DNA of 64,000 nt from Candidatus Moraniibacteriota bacterium (GTDB lineage Bacteria; Patescibacteriota; Minisyncoccia; Moranbacterales; UBA1568), in contig JACPGV010000002.1 of assembly GCA_016182385.1 (NCBI GenBank), positions 55,553 to 119,552 of the forward strand, in the 5' to 3' direction. Shown in pieces: positions 51,848 to 61,692 of this stretch (position 1 is its first letter; each line of letters starts with the position of its first letter). The position numbers and the translations under genes are program-made. The notes under the pieces are model-generated. The model saw only the letters and a list, made by a program, of their open reading frames with translations. It searched no databases and was not told the origin of the DNA.

Positions 51848-52384
51848 ATGAGCAGAATTGGAAAAAAACCAGTACATATTCCGGACAATGTGGAAGTAAA
51901 AATTTCCGCCAATGTGGTGGATGTGAAAGGACCGAAAGGCACCCTCCAATTTGTGCATCGTCGCGAGGTGAAGGTCATGATTGGCGAAAAAGAAGTATTG
52001 GTGGAAAAAATCGGTGAAACAAAAAAAGCCAGCGCTATTTGGGGGACAACAGCCAAGGTAATTGCTAACATGATACAGGGTGTAACGGTTGGTTTTCAAA
52101 AGCAATTGGAATTGAATGGAGTAGGGTTTCGTATGGCCGCGCAAGGAAAGAAGCTCAATATGGCTCTTGGATTTTCTCATCCCGTGGAACAGGTTTTGCC
52201 GGAGGGGATAGACGCGAAGATCGAAAACAATATTTTGACGCTTTCCGGTATCGATAAACAAAAAGTCGGTCAATTTGCCGCGGTTGTTCGTAAATTAAAA
52301 CCGGTAGAACCGTACAAGGGAAAAGGTTTCCGTTATGTGGGAGAGGTTGTTCGTCGTAAAGAAGGTAAAAAGGCGGCTGCCTAG
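51848..52384 (+). CDS. rplF: 50S ribosomal protein L6.
   Basis: [17 protein letters not shown]... Confidence 0.95.
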   Translation: MSRIGKKPVHIPDNVEVKISANVVDVKGPKGTLQFVHRREVKVMIGEKEVLVEKIGETKKASAIWGTTAKVIANMIQGVTVGFQKQLELNGVGFRMAAQGKKLNMALGFSHPVEQVLPEGIDAKIENNILTLSGIDKQKVGQFAAVVRKLKPVEPYKGKGFRYVGEVVRRKEGKKAAA

Positions 52385-52421
52385 AGAGGGGCCGGAAGTT
52401 AACAGCTATAAGCATCGTATT

Positions 52422-52778
52422 ATGTTACAACGAGAGAGAAGAGCAGAAAAAAGAAAAGAGCGTAAGCGTCGTGTACGCGCCAAGATAAGCGGTACGGCTT
52501 CTTGTCCGCGTCTTTCCGTGTTTCGCAGTTTGCGGAATATTTCTGTTCAGGCTATTGATGATGAGACAGGAAAGACAGTAGCGCAAGCGAGTTTGCGTGA
52601 TGCCGGAAAAAATTCAACGAATTCTGTTGAAGGAGCTGCGGCTGTTGGAAAGATTATTGCTGAGCGTTTAGTAGAGCTTGGCGTGGAGAAAGCCGTGTTT
52701 GATCGTTCCGGGTATAAATATCACGGAAAAGTGAAAGCGCTCGCTGAAGCCGCGCGTGCCAATGGACTTACATTTTAA
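52422..52778 (+). CDS. rplR: 50S ribosomal protein L18.
   Basis: [44 protein letters not shown]. The start is taken at ATG 52422. Confidence 0.85.
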   Translation: MLQRERRAEKRKERKRRVRAKISGTASCPRLSVFRSLRNISVQAIDDETGKTVAQASLRDAGKNSTNSVEGAAAVGKIIAERLVELGVEKAVFDRSGYKYHGKVKALAEAARANGLTF

Positions 52779-52805
52779 GGGATAATTTAGAAACGAACGT
52801 ATTTT

Positions 52806-53318
52806 ATGGCAAAGCAAGCAAAAAAAATGGGAAGACGAGAGAAACCGGAGTTTGATCAAAAACTCCTCGATTTGGCGCGCGTTACTCGTGTAGTAAAAGG
52901 AGGGCGTCGTTTTCGCTTTCGTGCCACGCTTGTTATCGGTAACCGCAAAGGAAAAGTGGGAGTGGGTATCGCCAAGGGTTCCGATGTTTCTGATGCTATC
53001 CAGAAGGCTTTTAACGATGCTAAGAAAAATATGATTACCGTTGATTTAGCCGGTTCAACGATTTCTCATGATGTCACCGCAAAACTTGGAAGTGCCAAAG
53101 TGCTTTTGAAGCCAGCGTCTGAGGGTCAGGGAGTTATTGCTGGAGGAGCCGTGCGTGCGGTAGTGGATCTTTTGGGCGTGAAAGACGTTGTGTCAAAATC
53201 TTTGGGCGCATCCAATCCGCTCAATGTGGCTCGTGTTACTATTAAAGCATTGTTGCAGTTGAAGGCACCACGCGTTCAAGAGAAAAAAGAGGAAAATACT
53301 CCTGTTCTTACCGCCTAA
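52806..53318 (+). CDS. rpsE: 30S ribosomal protein S5.
   Basis: LLDLARVTRVVKGGRRFRFRATLVIGNRKGKVGVGIAKG. Confidence 0.95.
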   Translation: MAKQAKKMGRREKPEFDQKLLDLARVTRVVKGGRRFRFRATLVIGNRKGKVGVGIAKGSDVSDAIQKAFNDAKKNMITVDLAGSTISHDVTAKLGSAKVLLKPASEGQGVIAGGAVRAVVDLLGVKDVVSKSLGASNPLNVARVTIKALLQLKAPRVQEKKEENTPVLTA

Positions 53319-53339
53319 AGATTTTTAAGTTTTACAAGT

Positions 53340-53765
53340 ATGCAGATTCATCAATTGAAAGTAGCAAAAAAACAAGAGCGAAAACGCATTGGTCGTGGCG
53401 GAAAGCGAGGAAAGACATCTGGCCGTGGAAGCAAGGGTCAGAAATCTCGTTCTGGTGTTTCCATAGACCCGTTGTTTGAAGGTGGAAGATCCACATTTCT
53501 TGAGCGCTTAAAAAAAGTGCGTGGATTCAAATCTATTCATCCGAAAAAATGCGTTGTGACGCTTGCTTTGTTGGAACGATCCTATAGCGATAAAGAAACC
53601 GTTACCCTCGCTTCTTTGGTAGAAAAAAGGGTGGTTTCCAAAAAAGCTCTTTCCTCAGGGGCAAAAATTGTTGCCAGCGGAACATTAAAAAAGAAGCTTT
53701 TTCTTGGTAACGACGTGGCAGCTTCGGAAAAGGCTCGCACATTCTTTCAAACCACCGCAAAGTAG
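53340..53765 (+). CDS. rplO: 50S ribosomal protein L15. It follows S5 directly with no L30 gene between them.
   Basis: RIGRGGKRGKTSGRGSKGQKSRSG. Only 21 nt separate the end of rpsE from its start. Confidence 0.9.
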   Translation: MQIHQLKVAKKQERKRIGRGGKRGKTSGRGSKGQKSRSGVSIDPLFEGGRSTFLERLKKVRGFKSIHPKKCVVTLALLERSYSDKETVTLASLVEKRVVSKKALSSGAKIVASGTLKKKLFLGNDVAASEKARTFFQTTAK

Positions 53766-53809
53766 GATATACTGCTCTTTGAGGGAGTCAATATATTTTT
53801 CTTTTTCTC

Positions 53810-55081
53810 ATGCGTGATATTTTTTTTCATATTTGGCGAGTCTCTGAATTGCGGAATAAAATCCTTTTTATTTTAGGATTGCTTGTCGTGTATCGTTTGG
53901 CGGCGAATATTCCTCTGCCGGGGGTGGACGTGCTTGCTCTCAAGCGTCTTTTTGAAGAAAATGCCTTTTTAGGTTTGTTGAATATTTTTTCCGGTGGTGG
54001 GCTTTCCAATATCTCCATTGTTCTTTTGGGTGTCGCCCCGTATATTACCGCTTCCATTATCATGCAACTTTTGACAACCATTGTCCCGAGTTTGGAGCGT
54101 CTCTACAAGGAAGAAGGAGAACAGGGTCGGCAAAAGTTTAATATGTGGACTCGCTGGTTGACGGTGCCGCTCGCGGCGCTGCAATCTTTCAGCATGTTGT
54201 CTTTGTTGCGTTCGCAAAATATTCTCGGAGAGGTTTCTCCTTTTAATATGACGGTGATTGTTATTAGTGCTACAGCGGGGACGGTTTTTCTTATGTGGCT
54301 TGGTGAGCTTATCACCGAAAAGGGATTGGGAAATGGTGTTTCCATGATTATTTTTGCTGGTATCGTTTCTGGTTTACCTACCGGCATTTCGCGTTTTGTT
54401 GCTACATGGGATCCATCGCAGATATTCACGTATCTTATTTTTGCGCTTTTGGCGATTGTTACTATTGCGGGCGTTATTTTTATTAATGAAGGTCAACGTA
54501 TTGTTCCGGTGGCGTACGCGAAACGTGTGCGAGGGGCACAGGTATATGGTGGCGCGGCGACGCATTTACCTCTCAAAATCAACCAGGCGGGAGTTATTCC
54601 TATTATTTTTGCCGTGTCACTTATTCTTATTCCGACGATGATAGCGAACTATTTTACGCAGAGCGCGAATGCTCAAATAGCGAGTATCGCTGTTTCGGCA
54701 AGCGCGTGGTTGCAAGACGCCTGGGTATATGGCATCATGTATTTTGTTCTTGTGGTATTGTTTACGTATTTCTATACGGCGGTCGTTTTTGATCCGGTAA
54801 AAATTTCTGAAAATTTGCAAAAGCAAGGAGGGTATGTTCCTGGTATTCGACCGGGTAATACGACGGCGGAATATCTGTATCATATTATCAATCGCATTAC
54901 ACTGGCTGGAGCGTTCTTTTTGGGTCTTATTGCTGTTTTGCCATTTATCGTTCAGGGGCTTACGGGTATTCAAGCGCTTTCTATCGGTGGCGTGAGTATC
55001 CTTATTGTCGTGTCGGTGGTTTTGGAGACGGTGAAGCATACACAGAGTCAGCTTATGATGCGTAGTTACGAGGCGTTTTAA
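53810..55081 (+). CDS. secY: Preprotein translocase subunit SecY.
   Basis: A 10-TM protein of 423 aa with SecY signature regions (GVAPYITASIIMQLL). Confidence 0.95.
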   Translation: MRDIFFHIWRVSELRNKILFILGLLVVYRLAANIPLPGVDVLALKRLFEENAFLGLLNIFSGGGLSNISIVLLGVAPYITASIIMQLLTTIVPSLERLYKEEGEQGRQKFNMWTRWLTVPLAALQSFSMLSLLRSQNILGEVSPFNMTVIVISATAGTVFLMWLGELITEKGLGNGVSMIIFAGIVSGLPTGISRFVATWDPSQIFTYLIFALLAIVTIAGVIFINEGQRIVPVAYAKRVRGAQVYGGAATHLPLKINQAGVIPIIFAVSLILIPTMIANYFTQSANAQIASIAVSASAWLQDAWVYGIMYFVLVVLFTYFYTAVVFDPVKISENLQKQGGYVPGIRPGNTTAEYLYHIINRITLAGAFFLGLIAVLPFIVQGLTGIQALSIGGVSILIVVSVVLETVKHTQSQLMMRSYEAF

Positions 55082-55097
55082 ATGTTTTTTTGACGAA

Positions 55098-55760
55098 ATG
55101 CATCACAAAGACACATATATCTTATTGGGATCGGCCGGGAGCGGTAAAAGCACGCAAGCAGAACTTTTAAAAAGTTCTCTGCATTTGGCGCATATTGATA
55201 TTGGTGCTGAGTTGCGGGCTGTCGCGGCACATGATTCCCCACTGGGCAGAAAGGTCAACGATGTTATTAACAATCGACATGAACTTTTGCCTGATGATAT
55301 TATTCACGATGTTCTGGAAAATGCTATCCGGGCTGTGCCGGCGACTGCCGGAGTGCTTATTGACGGCGCGCCTCGTCGAGAAAGTCAGATTCGCGACGTG
55401 CTTGCCGTTTTGAAAGAAACGGACCGAGAACTTAACAAGGTTATTTTTATTGATGTGCCGGAAGCGGTTTCTGTGGAACGAATTTCCAGGAGATATGCCT
55501 GTCAGAACTGCAAAAGGACATATATTCTTGGAAAAAACCTTATCGATAGCCACATGCCGTGCCGTTATTGTAAAGGGGTGATCACGCAACGACAGGATGA
55601 TACGGAAGAGGGAGTGCGTAAGCGTCATCAAGTGTTTCGAAATGATACTTTGCCGGTGATTGAATATTTCAAATCATCGGGACACTTGCTTGCCGTTGAT
55701 GGTAATCAAGAAACGTATAAAGTTTTTAAATATATATTGGAACATTTGCGACCTGAATAG
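55098..55760 (+). CDS. adk: Adenylate kinase with a zinc-binding LID.
   Basis: P-loop GSAGSGKSTQAE. The LID carries CQNCKRTY...CRYCKG. Confidence 0.9.
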   Translation: MHHKDTYILLGSAGSGKSTQAELLKSSLHLAHIDIGAELRAVAAHDSPLGRKVNDVINNRHELLPDDIIHDVLENAIRAVPATAGVLIDGAPRRESQIRDVLAVLKETDRELNKVIFIDVPEAVSVERISRRYACQNCKRTYILGKNLIDSHMPCRYCKGVITQRQDDTEEGVRKRHQVFRNDTLPVIEYFKSSGHLLAVDGNQETYKVFKYILEHLRPE

Positions 55761-55778
55761 AAATGTTTTGTTGTCATC

Positions 55779-56552
55779 ATGAACGAATGGATAAAAACCG
55801 AAGAAGAGATTGGGCGAATGCGTCAATCGGGAAAACGTTTGGCTTTGGTTTTGGAAACAGTTATAGAGTCGGTTTGTCCGGGAATGACTACGCTTGCCGT
55901 TGATGTTTTGGCGGAGCGTCTCATTCGTGAACAAGGAGGAATCCCTATATTTAAAGGGTACGGAGGAGGTTCCGGGCGTCCTTTTCCGGCAACGGTATGC
56001 ACATCATTGAATAATGAGGTGGTGCATGGTATTCCCAATCAAGAAAGAGTGATTCGTGATGGCGATTTGCTTAAGCTTGATATTGGCATGCGATATGATG
56101 GAATGGTGACGGATATGGCAAGGACGGTAGCGGTGGGAACGATTTCTGATGAAGCAAAAAAACTTCTTCGCGTAACGGAAGAAAGTTTATCTTGTGGTAT
56201 ACAAACACTTTGCCCGGGAGGTCGCCTTTCCGTGTATGCTCGAGCCGTTCAGGAACACGTTGAGAAAAATGGTTTTTCGGTAGTGCGCGACCTCGTGGGA
56301 CATGGTGTCGGAAGAGAGCTTCATGAGGAGCCGCAGGTTCCCAATTATTATTCTTCTTCCTTTCGTGAGGTTGTTTTGAGAAAAGGCATGGCCCTTGCTC
56401 TTGAACCGATGGTCAATCTTGGTGGTTTTGCTGTTACCATAGCTCCTGATGATTGGACATTTGTGACAAAGGACGGAAGCTTGTCGGCACATTTTGAGGA
56501 TACGGTGGTTATAACGGAAAAGGGAGCGGAAATTGTGACGCGGCGTTTTTGA
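55779..56552 (+). CDS. map: Methionine aminopeptidase type I.
   Basis: Pita-bread fold with metal ligands D..D..H..E..E (GDLLKLDIG..., HGVGRELHEEP). Confidence 0.9.
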   Translation: MNEWIKTEEEIGRMRQSGKRLALVLETVIESVCPGMTTLAVDVLAERLIREQGGIPIFKGYGGGSGRPFPATVCTSLNNEVVHGIPNQERVIRDGDLLKLDIGMRYDGMVTDMARTVAVGTISDEAKKLLRVTEESLSCGIQTLCPGGRLSVYARAVQEHVEKNGFSVVRDLVGHGVGRELHEEPQVPNYYSSSFREVVLRKGMALALEPMVNLGGFAVTIAPDDWTFVTKDGSLSAHFEDTVVITEKGAEIVTRRF

Positions 56553-56565
56553 TGATTGTGAGCCT

Positions 56566-56997
56566 ATGTGTTTTGTGAAAAATATGTTTCAAGAAGCAAA
56601 AAAAAATTATTTAGGAATTGACTGGGGAGCATCTGATGTCGGTGTGGCACTGGCTCATGAGGAGACAGGAGTAGCTGTAGCATATGAAACGCTTCGGAAT
56701 GATAAAAATCTTTTAGAAAAATTGGGTGAGATTATCGCGCGCGAAGATATTGGAGTGGTAGTGATCGGTATTCCGTCTCATGTCAATCGTACGCAAGTGG
56801 AATATGCCGGAGAAAAACTCGGAAAAGCTTTGGGGGAGTTGTTTTTTGTGGAGGTCGTCTATCAAAACGAAATGTTTACGACAAAACTCGCTCAACAAAA
56901 TCTCATTCATCGTGGAGTGAAGCAAGTTTCTTTGCATGATGATGAAGAGGCGGCGAAACTTATTCTTGAAGGATGGTTGGAAAAACGAAGAAAATAA
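56566..56997 (+). CDS. ruvX: Holliday-junction resolvase-like protein RuvX/YqgF.
   Basis: YLGIDWGASDVGVALAHEETGVAVAYETL...GVVVIGIPSH matches the YqgF RNase H-like fold pattern (LGLDLGTKTIGVAVSD...VVGLP). Confidence 0.7.
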   Translation: MCFVKNMFQEAKKNYLGIDWGASDVGVALAHEETGVAVAYETLRNDKNLLEKLGEIIAREDIGVVVIGIPSHVNRTQVEYAGEKLGKALGELFFVEVVYQNEMFTTKLAQQNLIHRGVKQVSLHDDEEAAKLILEGWLEKRRK

Positions 56998-57085
56998 TGA
57001 GAGAAGTAAAAGGGTATAAGGATACCCTTTTTGTTTGTTCGTGTTTGTGGTAAAATCAAAATGTAAATTATGAGTTTTTTACCGT

Positions 57086-57868
57086 ATGGAACAGCCGTTT
57101 CTTTCGGTTATCGTGCCCGCCTATAAGGAAGGTGATCGTATCGGGCGCAATCTTTTGGAGATCGACAAATATTTGAAGGGAAAGGATTATACGTATGAAA
57201 TCGTAGTGGTTGTTGACGGGTCACCGGATAACACCGCCGAGGTATCGCGTAATTATGCCCTACAAATTCCCCATTTGCGTGTTATTGATAACAAAGAAAA
57301 TCACGGGAAGGGGTATGTTGTTCGTCAAGGTTTGCTCGAGACGAATGGTAAATGGCGTCTTTTTTTGGATGCTGACGGATCAACGTCTATCACTCACTTG
57401 GAAACACTGGTTCCTTTGTTTGGTACCGGTTGCGATGTTTTTATTGGTTCGCGGAAGATAGACGGATCATTCATTCAAGTACATCAACCGAAGCATCGGG
57501 AAATTATGGGTGAGGGTGGCAACTGGCTCATTCGTATTGTATTGGGACTGTGGCGTTATCCGGATACGCAGTGTGGCTTCAAGGTTCTTTCGGACAAAGC
57601 AGCGAAAGCGATAGCAACACGCATGGTGGTAGATCGTTTCGGTTTTGATTTTGAACTTATTGTTCTTGCCATAAAGCTTGGTTTTACGGTAAAACAACTG
57701 CCGGTTCGTTGGATGAATGAGGAAGGGTCAACCGTCAAGTTGACTGGGCCAAACGGATTTATTCAGGTCTTGATCGATCTTTTTAAAACGAAGTGGCGTT
57801 TGCTTACCGGTGCTTATCATGTCAGGGAATATTATCAGGAGATAAAGGCACAGAAAGAAACTTCTTGA
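57086..57868 (+). CDS. Family-2 glycosyltransferase, polyprenol-phosphate hexosyltransferase-like.
   Basis: LSVIVPAYKEGDRI...YEIVVVVDGSPDNT...LFLDADGS is the GT2 (DPM1-like) DxD architecture. Confidence 0.75.
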   Translation: MEQPFLSVIVPAYKEGDRIGRNLLEIDKYLKGKDYTYEIVVVVDGSPDNTAEVSRNYALQIPHLRVIDNKENHGKGYVVRQGLLETNGKWRLFLDADGSTSITHLETLVPLFGTGCDVFIGSRKIDGSFIQVHQPKHREIMGEGGNWLIRIVLGLWRYPDTQCGFKVLSDKAAKAIATRMVVDRFGFDFELIVLAIKLGFTVKQLPVRWMNEEGSTVKLTGPNGFIQVLIDLFKTKWRLLTGAYHVREYYQEIKAQKETS

Positions 57869-57891
57869 ATTTTTCCTTTTCGTAAAAACAA

Positions 57892-58920
57892 ATGACAAAA
57901 GAATCTTTAGAAAAAACAAAACAGAACGCGGCATACGGATCAGAACTTCGTCAGGATATCGTGACGGGTGATTGGGTGGTTATCGCTACCGGTCGGGCGA
58001 AACGGCCCGATGAATTTGCTGAGTTTCAGCGTATCGCTCCTGATTATGCCAATGATCCTTTTGATAATCCCGAAGAGAGCGATCAGGAAAAGGATGTTCT
58101 TATTTATCGACGAGATGATCATGACTGGAGTTTGCGTGTATTTCCCAATAAGTACCCGGCCTTTTTGCGTGGTCGAGTGGCGCGAGAACTTTCTGATGGT
58201 CCCTATTATGCTCTGACGGGCGTCGGATATCATGAAGTGATTGTCACGCGTGACCCTCGCCGTTTTTTGGGACTGCTTGAGGTATGGCAGGTTGCCGAGG
58301 TGCTTGATGCCTATCAGGAGCGGTATTTGGCGCTTATGAATAAAAAAAGCGTTAACTACATTCAAATTTTTCATAATCACGGTAAAGAAGCGGGGGCGTC
58401 TATCGCTCATCCGCATTCTCAACTCATGGCGATCCCGGTTGTTTCCCCCTATATTGACTTGGAACTTTCCGGCGCGGAGCGTTATTACAAAAGCAACAAA
58501 CAAAATGTGTATACCGTAATGACGGAATATGAAAGTGAAACGAAAAAAAGAGTTATTTTTGAGAATGATCATTGTATCGCTTTTTGTCCTTTTGCTTCGC
58601 GAGCAGCATTTGAGGTCTGGGTGGTAGGGAAGCGACCGAATCCTTATTTTGAACGAATTACTGATGAAGAAAAATTTGCTGTCGCCGAGGTATTACAGAA
58701 AGCACTCTTTGCTATTCATGGTGGTTTGCAGGATCCACCCTTTAATTTTTATATCCATACGGCGCCTTGTGATGGTAAGGATTATCCTCATTATCAGTGG
58801 CATATTGAAATTTTGCCTCATACGGCTACGTGGGCCGGTTTTGAGCTTTCTACGGGTATAGAGATATCGACCATACAGCCGGAAGTGGCGGCGCAGCATT
58901 TACGCGCTCAAATTTCTTAA
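57892..58920 (+). CDS. GalT-family nucleotidyltransferase, HIT superfamily branch III (galactose-1-phosphate uridylyltransferase-like).
   Basis: Two half-barrel repeats. SIAHPHSQLMAIP matches the GalT HPHGQ active-site motif. Confidence 0.6.
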   Translation: MTKESLEKTKQNAAYGSELRQDIVTGDWVVIATGRAKRPDEFAEFQRIAPDYANDPFDNPEESDQEKDVLIYRRDDHDWSLRVFPNKYPAFLRGRVARELSDGPYYALTGVGYHEVIVTRDPRRFLGLLEVWQVAEVLDAYQERYLALMNKKSVNYIQIFHNHGKEAGASIAHPHSQLMAIPVVSPYIDLELSGAERYYKSNKQNVYTVMTEYESETKKRVIFENDHCIAFCPFASRAAFEVWVVGKRPNPYFERITDEEKFAVAEVLQKALFAIHGGLQDPPFNFYIHTAPCDGKDYPHYQWHIEILPHTATWAGFELSTGIEISTIQPEVAAQHLRAQIS

Positions 58921-58933
58921 AGGAGATCAGATT

Positions 58934-59731
58934 ATGCAGAAGACATTTTATGTGGTGGGTAATTTGAAAATGAATATGTTGTCCTGTGATGAAGCGGGAC
59001 AATATCTTTCTGTTTTGAAGCGGGAAATGCGTGGAAGAGAGTTTTCTTTCACTCAAGGAGTTATTTGTCCGTCTTTTTTGTATCTTTCTCTTTTTGATCA
59101 TCTGCCAAGCGGACTGACAAAGGGCGCGCAAAATCTTTTTCCGGAAAAAAGCGGCGCGTATACAGGAGAGATTTCCCCGGTTATGTTGAAAAATGATGGC
59201 GTGACACATGTCATTCTTGGTCATAGTGAGCGGCGCTTGTACGCGGGTGAGACCGATGAAGATGTGCGAGAGAAGGTTTTGGCGGCTTTAAAATATCATT
59301 TGGTACCGGTTGTGTGTATCGGTGAAACGAAAGAAGAAAGAGCGCGAGAAGAAACAGAAGAAGTGCTTTTGCGTCAGGTGAAAGCTGTTTTTGATGGACT
59401 TTCCAAATTGCAGGCGGAAAGTATTATGATAGCGTATGAACCACGTTGGGCGATTGGAACGGATGTTTTGCCGACGACGAGTGAGATTCTTCAGGTACGG
59501 GTCTTCCTTCGTAAGTTTTTGACGGAAACTTTTGATGCTTCCGTCGCGGAACGGGTTGTTATTTTGTATGGGGGATCCGTTAAGAGTTCTTTTTTGCCTG
59601 CGATTTCCTGGGAAGCTCAAGTGGATGGGGTTTTGGTTGGGCGGGAGAGTTTGTTTCCTTATGAATTGGTAAAAATGATGGAAATGTTTGAGAATGAGGC
59701 AAAAAAAGAAAAAACAAAAAAGAGAATATGA
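58934..59731 (+). CDS. tpiA: Triosephosphate isomerase.
   Basis: VVGNLKMN, ILGHSERR, CIGETKEER, AYEPRWAIGT. An SD aaggag lies upstream. Confidence 0.9.
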   Translation: MQKTFYVVGNLKMNMLSCDEAGQYLSVLKREMRGREFSFTQGVICPSFLYLSLFDHLPSGLTKGAQNLFPEKSGAYTGEISPVMLKNDGVTHVILGHSERRLYAGETDEDVREKVLAALKYHLVPVVCIGETKEERAREETEEVLLRQVKAVFDGLSKLQAESIMIAYEPRWAIGTDVLPTTSEILQVRVFLRKFLTETFDASVAERVVILYGGSVKSSFLPAISWEAQVDGVLVGRESLFPYELVKMMEMFENEAKKEKTKKRI

Positions 59732-59802
59732 AACGGTTTTTCAGCGATGACGTGTCGCGGCGACATTGAGAAGATTTTAATTTTTGATTGTATCATGGTC
59801 TT

Positions 59803-60660
59803 ATGATTGCTAACGTTAAAGAAATGCTTTTGCAAGCCAAAGAGGGAGGGTATGCTGTCGGGGCGTTTAATACGGTTAATTTGGAAACAACGCGTGCTAT
59901 TGTTGAGGCCGCCAAAGAGCTCCGTTCCCCGGTTATTGTTCAGATGACGGAAAAGACATTTGATTATGCGGGTGGTCGGGCTATTTTTAATCTTGTGAAA
60001 AATATTGCTGAGTTTTACGCGAGTGATATTCCTATCGGTATTCATTTGGATCACGGAAAGAGCTTTGAGGTGGTTGAGCGAGCGATAGATATCGGTTTTA
60101 CGTCGGTGATGTATGATGGTTCGCGGAAGGAATATCCTGACAATTTGATGATGACGAAAAAAATTGTTGAGTTGGCTCACGCTCGCGGTATTGTCGTGCA
60201 AGCAGAACTTGGAAATGTTCCGTATCTTGGCGAGATGCAAATGGAAACAATCGAATGGGACAGGTATATGACCAATCCCGATCAAGCAAAACAATTCGTC
60301 GAGGAAACCGGTCTTGATACGCTCGCGGTAGCGATTGGGAATGCACACGGATTTTTTCGTGAAAGGAATGAGCCGGATTATGCTCGTTTGAGCGCTGTGG
60401 CATCTTTTGTGGACGTACCACTCGTTCTTCATGGGGCGTCGGATTGGAATAACGGTCGGGTAGGGGAAGTGGTGAAGCGCGGCATTTCTTGTTTTAATGT
60501 TGATACGGCGACAAGAATAGCCTTTATCGGAGGATTGCGTGAGGCGCTTGTTTCAGAAGAGGAGACGGATGTGCGTAAAGTACTGGGAAACGCCAAAGAA
60601 CACGTGAAAGAGGCGGTGAAAAATAAAATAACAGCCTTTGGAAGCGCGGGACGAATCTAA
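59803..60660 (+). CDS. fba: Class II fructose-bisphosphate aldolase.
   Basis: MIANVKEMLLQAKEGGYAVGAFN...HLDHG... . The ORF-track start at 59788 is a TTG; ATG 59803 is the likelier start. Confidence 0.85.
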   Translation: MIANVKEMLLQAKEGGYAVGAFNTVNLETTRAIVEAAKELRSPVIVQMTEKTFDYAGGRAIFNLVKNIAEFYASDIPIGIHLDHGKSFEVVERAIDIGFTSVMYDGSRKEYPDNLMMTKKIVELAHARGIVVQAELGNVPYLGEMQMETIEWDRYMTNPDQAKQFVEETGLDTLAVAIGNAHGFFRERNEPDYARLSAVASFVDVPLVLHGASDWNNGRVGEVVKRGISCFNVDTATRIAFIGGLREALVSEEETDVRKVLGNAKEHVKEAVKNKITAFGSAGRI

Positions 60661-60680
60661 TTGTAATAAAGGAGAAATAT

Positions 60681-61685
60681 ATGGAAAAAAAACGTATTGC
60701 CATCAATGGTTTCGGTCGGATTGGTCGCGCGGCTTTTAAAATAGCCCTTGAAAAAAGTGACGTGGAAATTGTCGCTATTAATGATTTGACTGACGCTGAA
60801 ACACTTTCTCATTTGCTTCGTTATGATACGACGTATGGCAAGTATCGCACGGAGATTTCAGTGCGTGATAATGCGTTTGTTGTGCGTGAGCAAAAAATTC
60901 CGATATACGCTGAACCAGATCCAAAAAAATTACCATGGAAGGAGCACGCGGTTGATGTCGTATTGGAATGTACCGGACGCTTTACTGAGAGTTCTACAGC
61001 CAAACAACATATTGAGGCGGGAGCGAAAAAGGTTATTCTTTCGGCACCATCCAAGGGGGATGACGGCTCTGTTCCGACGTTTCTTATTGGTGTCAATGAT
61101 ACGCAGTATACTTCGGAGACGATTCTTTCCAATGCTTCTTGCACAACAAATTGTTTGGCGCCGGTAGCCAAGGCCCTGCACGCGGCTTTTGGAATAAAGA
61201 AAGCCATGATGACAACGGTGCACTCCTATACGGCTGATCAAAATCTTCAAGATGGTCCGCATAAGGATTGGCGGAGAGCGCGAGCGGCGGCACACAATAT
61301 CGTGCCAACCACTACCGGCGCGGCTATTTCTGTTACTCAGGTTATGCCTGAGCTGAAAGGATTGTTCGATGGTTTGGCGGTGCGTGTGCCTACGATTGTT
61401 GTTTCTCTCACGGATTTCACATTTCTTCTTGGGAAAAAGACAACAAAGGAAGAAATAAACGAAGCGTTACGAAAGGCGTCTCTTGATCCGTCCTACCAGA
61501 ACGTTCTTGCCGTGACCGAAGAATTGCTCGTTTCGTCTGATTTTATCGGGAACCCACACTCAGTCATTGTTGATTTGTCTCTTACGAAAGTTGTGGATGG
61601 AGATTTTGTCAAAGTCGTGGCGTGGTATGATAATGAATGGGGATACGCGAATCGGCTGGTGGAGATGGCACAAAAAATAATATAA
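60681..61685 (+). CDS. gap: Glyceraldehyde-3-phosphate dehydrogenase.
   Basis: INGFGRIGR; active site SNASCTTNCLAP; an SD ggag is present. Confidence 0.95.
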   Translation: MEKKRIAINGFGRIGRAAFKIALEKSDVEIVAINDLTDAETLSHLLRYDTTYGKYRTEISVRDNAFVVREQKIPIYAEPDPKKLPWKEHAVDVVLECTGRFTESSTAKQHIEAGAKKVILSAPSKGDDGSVPTFLIGVNDTQYTSETILSNASCTTNCLAPVAKALHAAFGIKKAMMTTVHSYTADQNLQDGPHKDWRRARAAAHNIVPTTTGAAISVTQVMPELKGLFDGLAVRVPTIVVSLTDFTFLLGKKTTKEEINEALRKASLDPSYQNVLAVTEELLVSSDFIGNPHSVIVDLSLTKVVDGDFVKVVAWYDNEWGYANRLVEMAQKII

Positions 61686-61692
61686 AGTTTTT

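Noticed and set aside
53318-53340. Missing rpmD (L30) as an assembly gap.
   Set aside because: rpsE and rplO are contiguous with a 21-nt spacer and there is no room for a gene. Absence of L30 is a known lineage trait.
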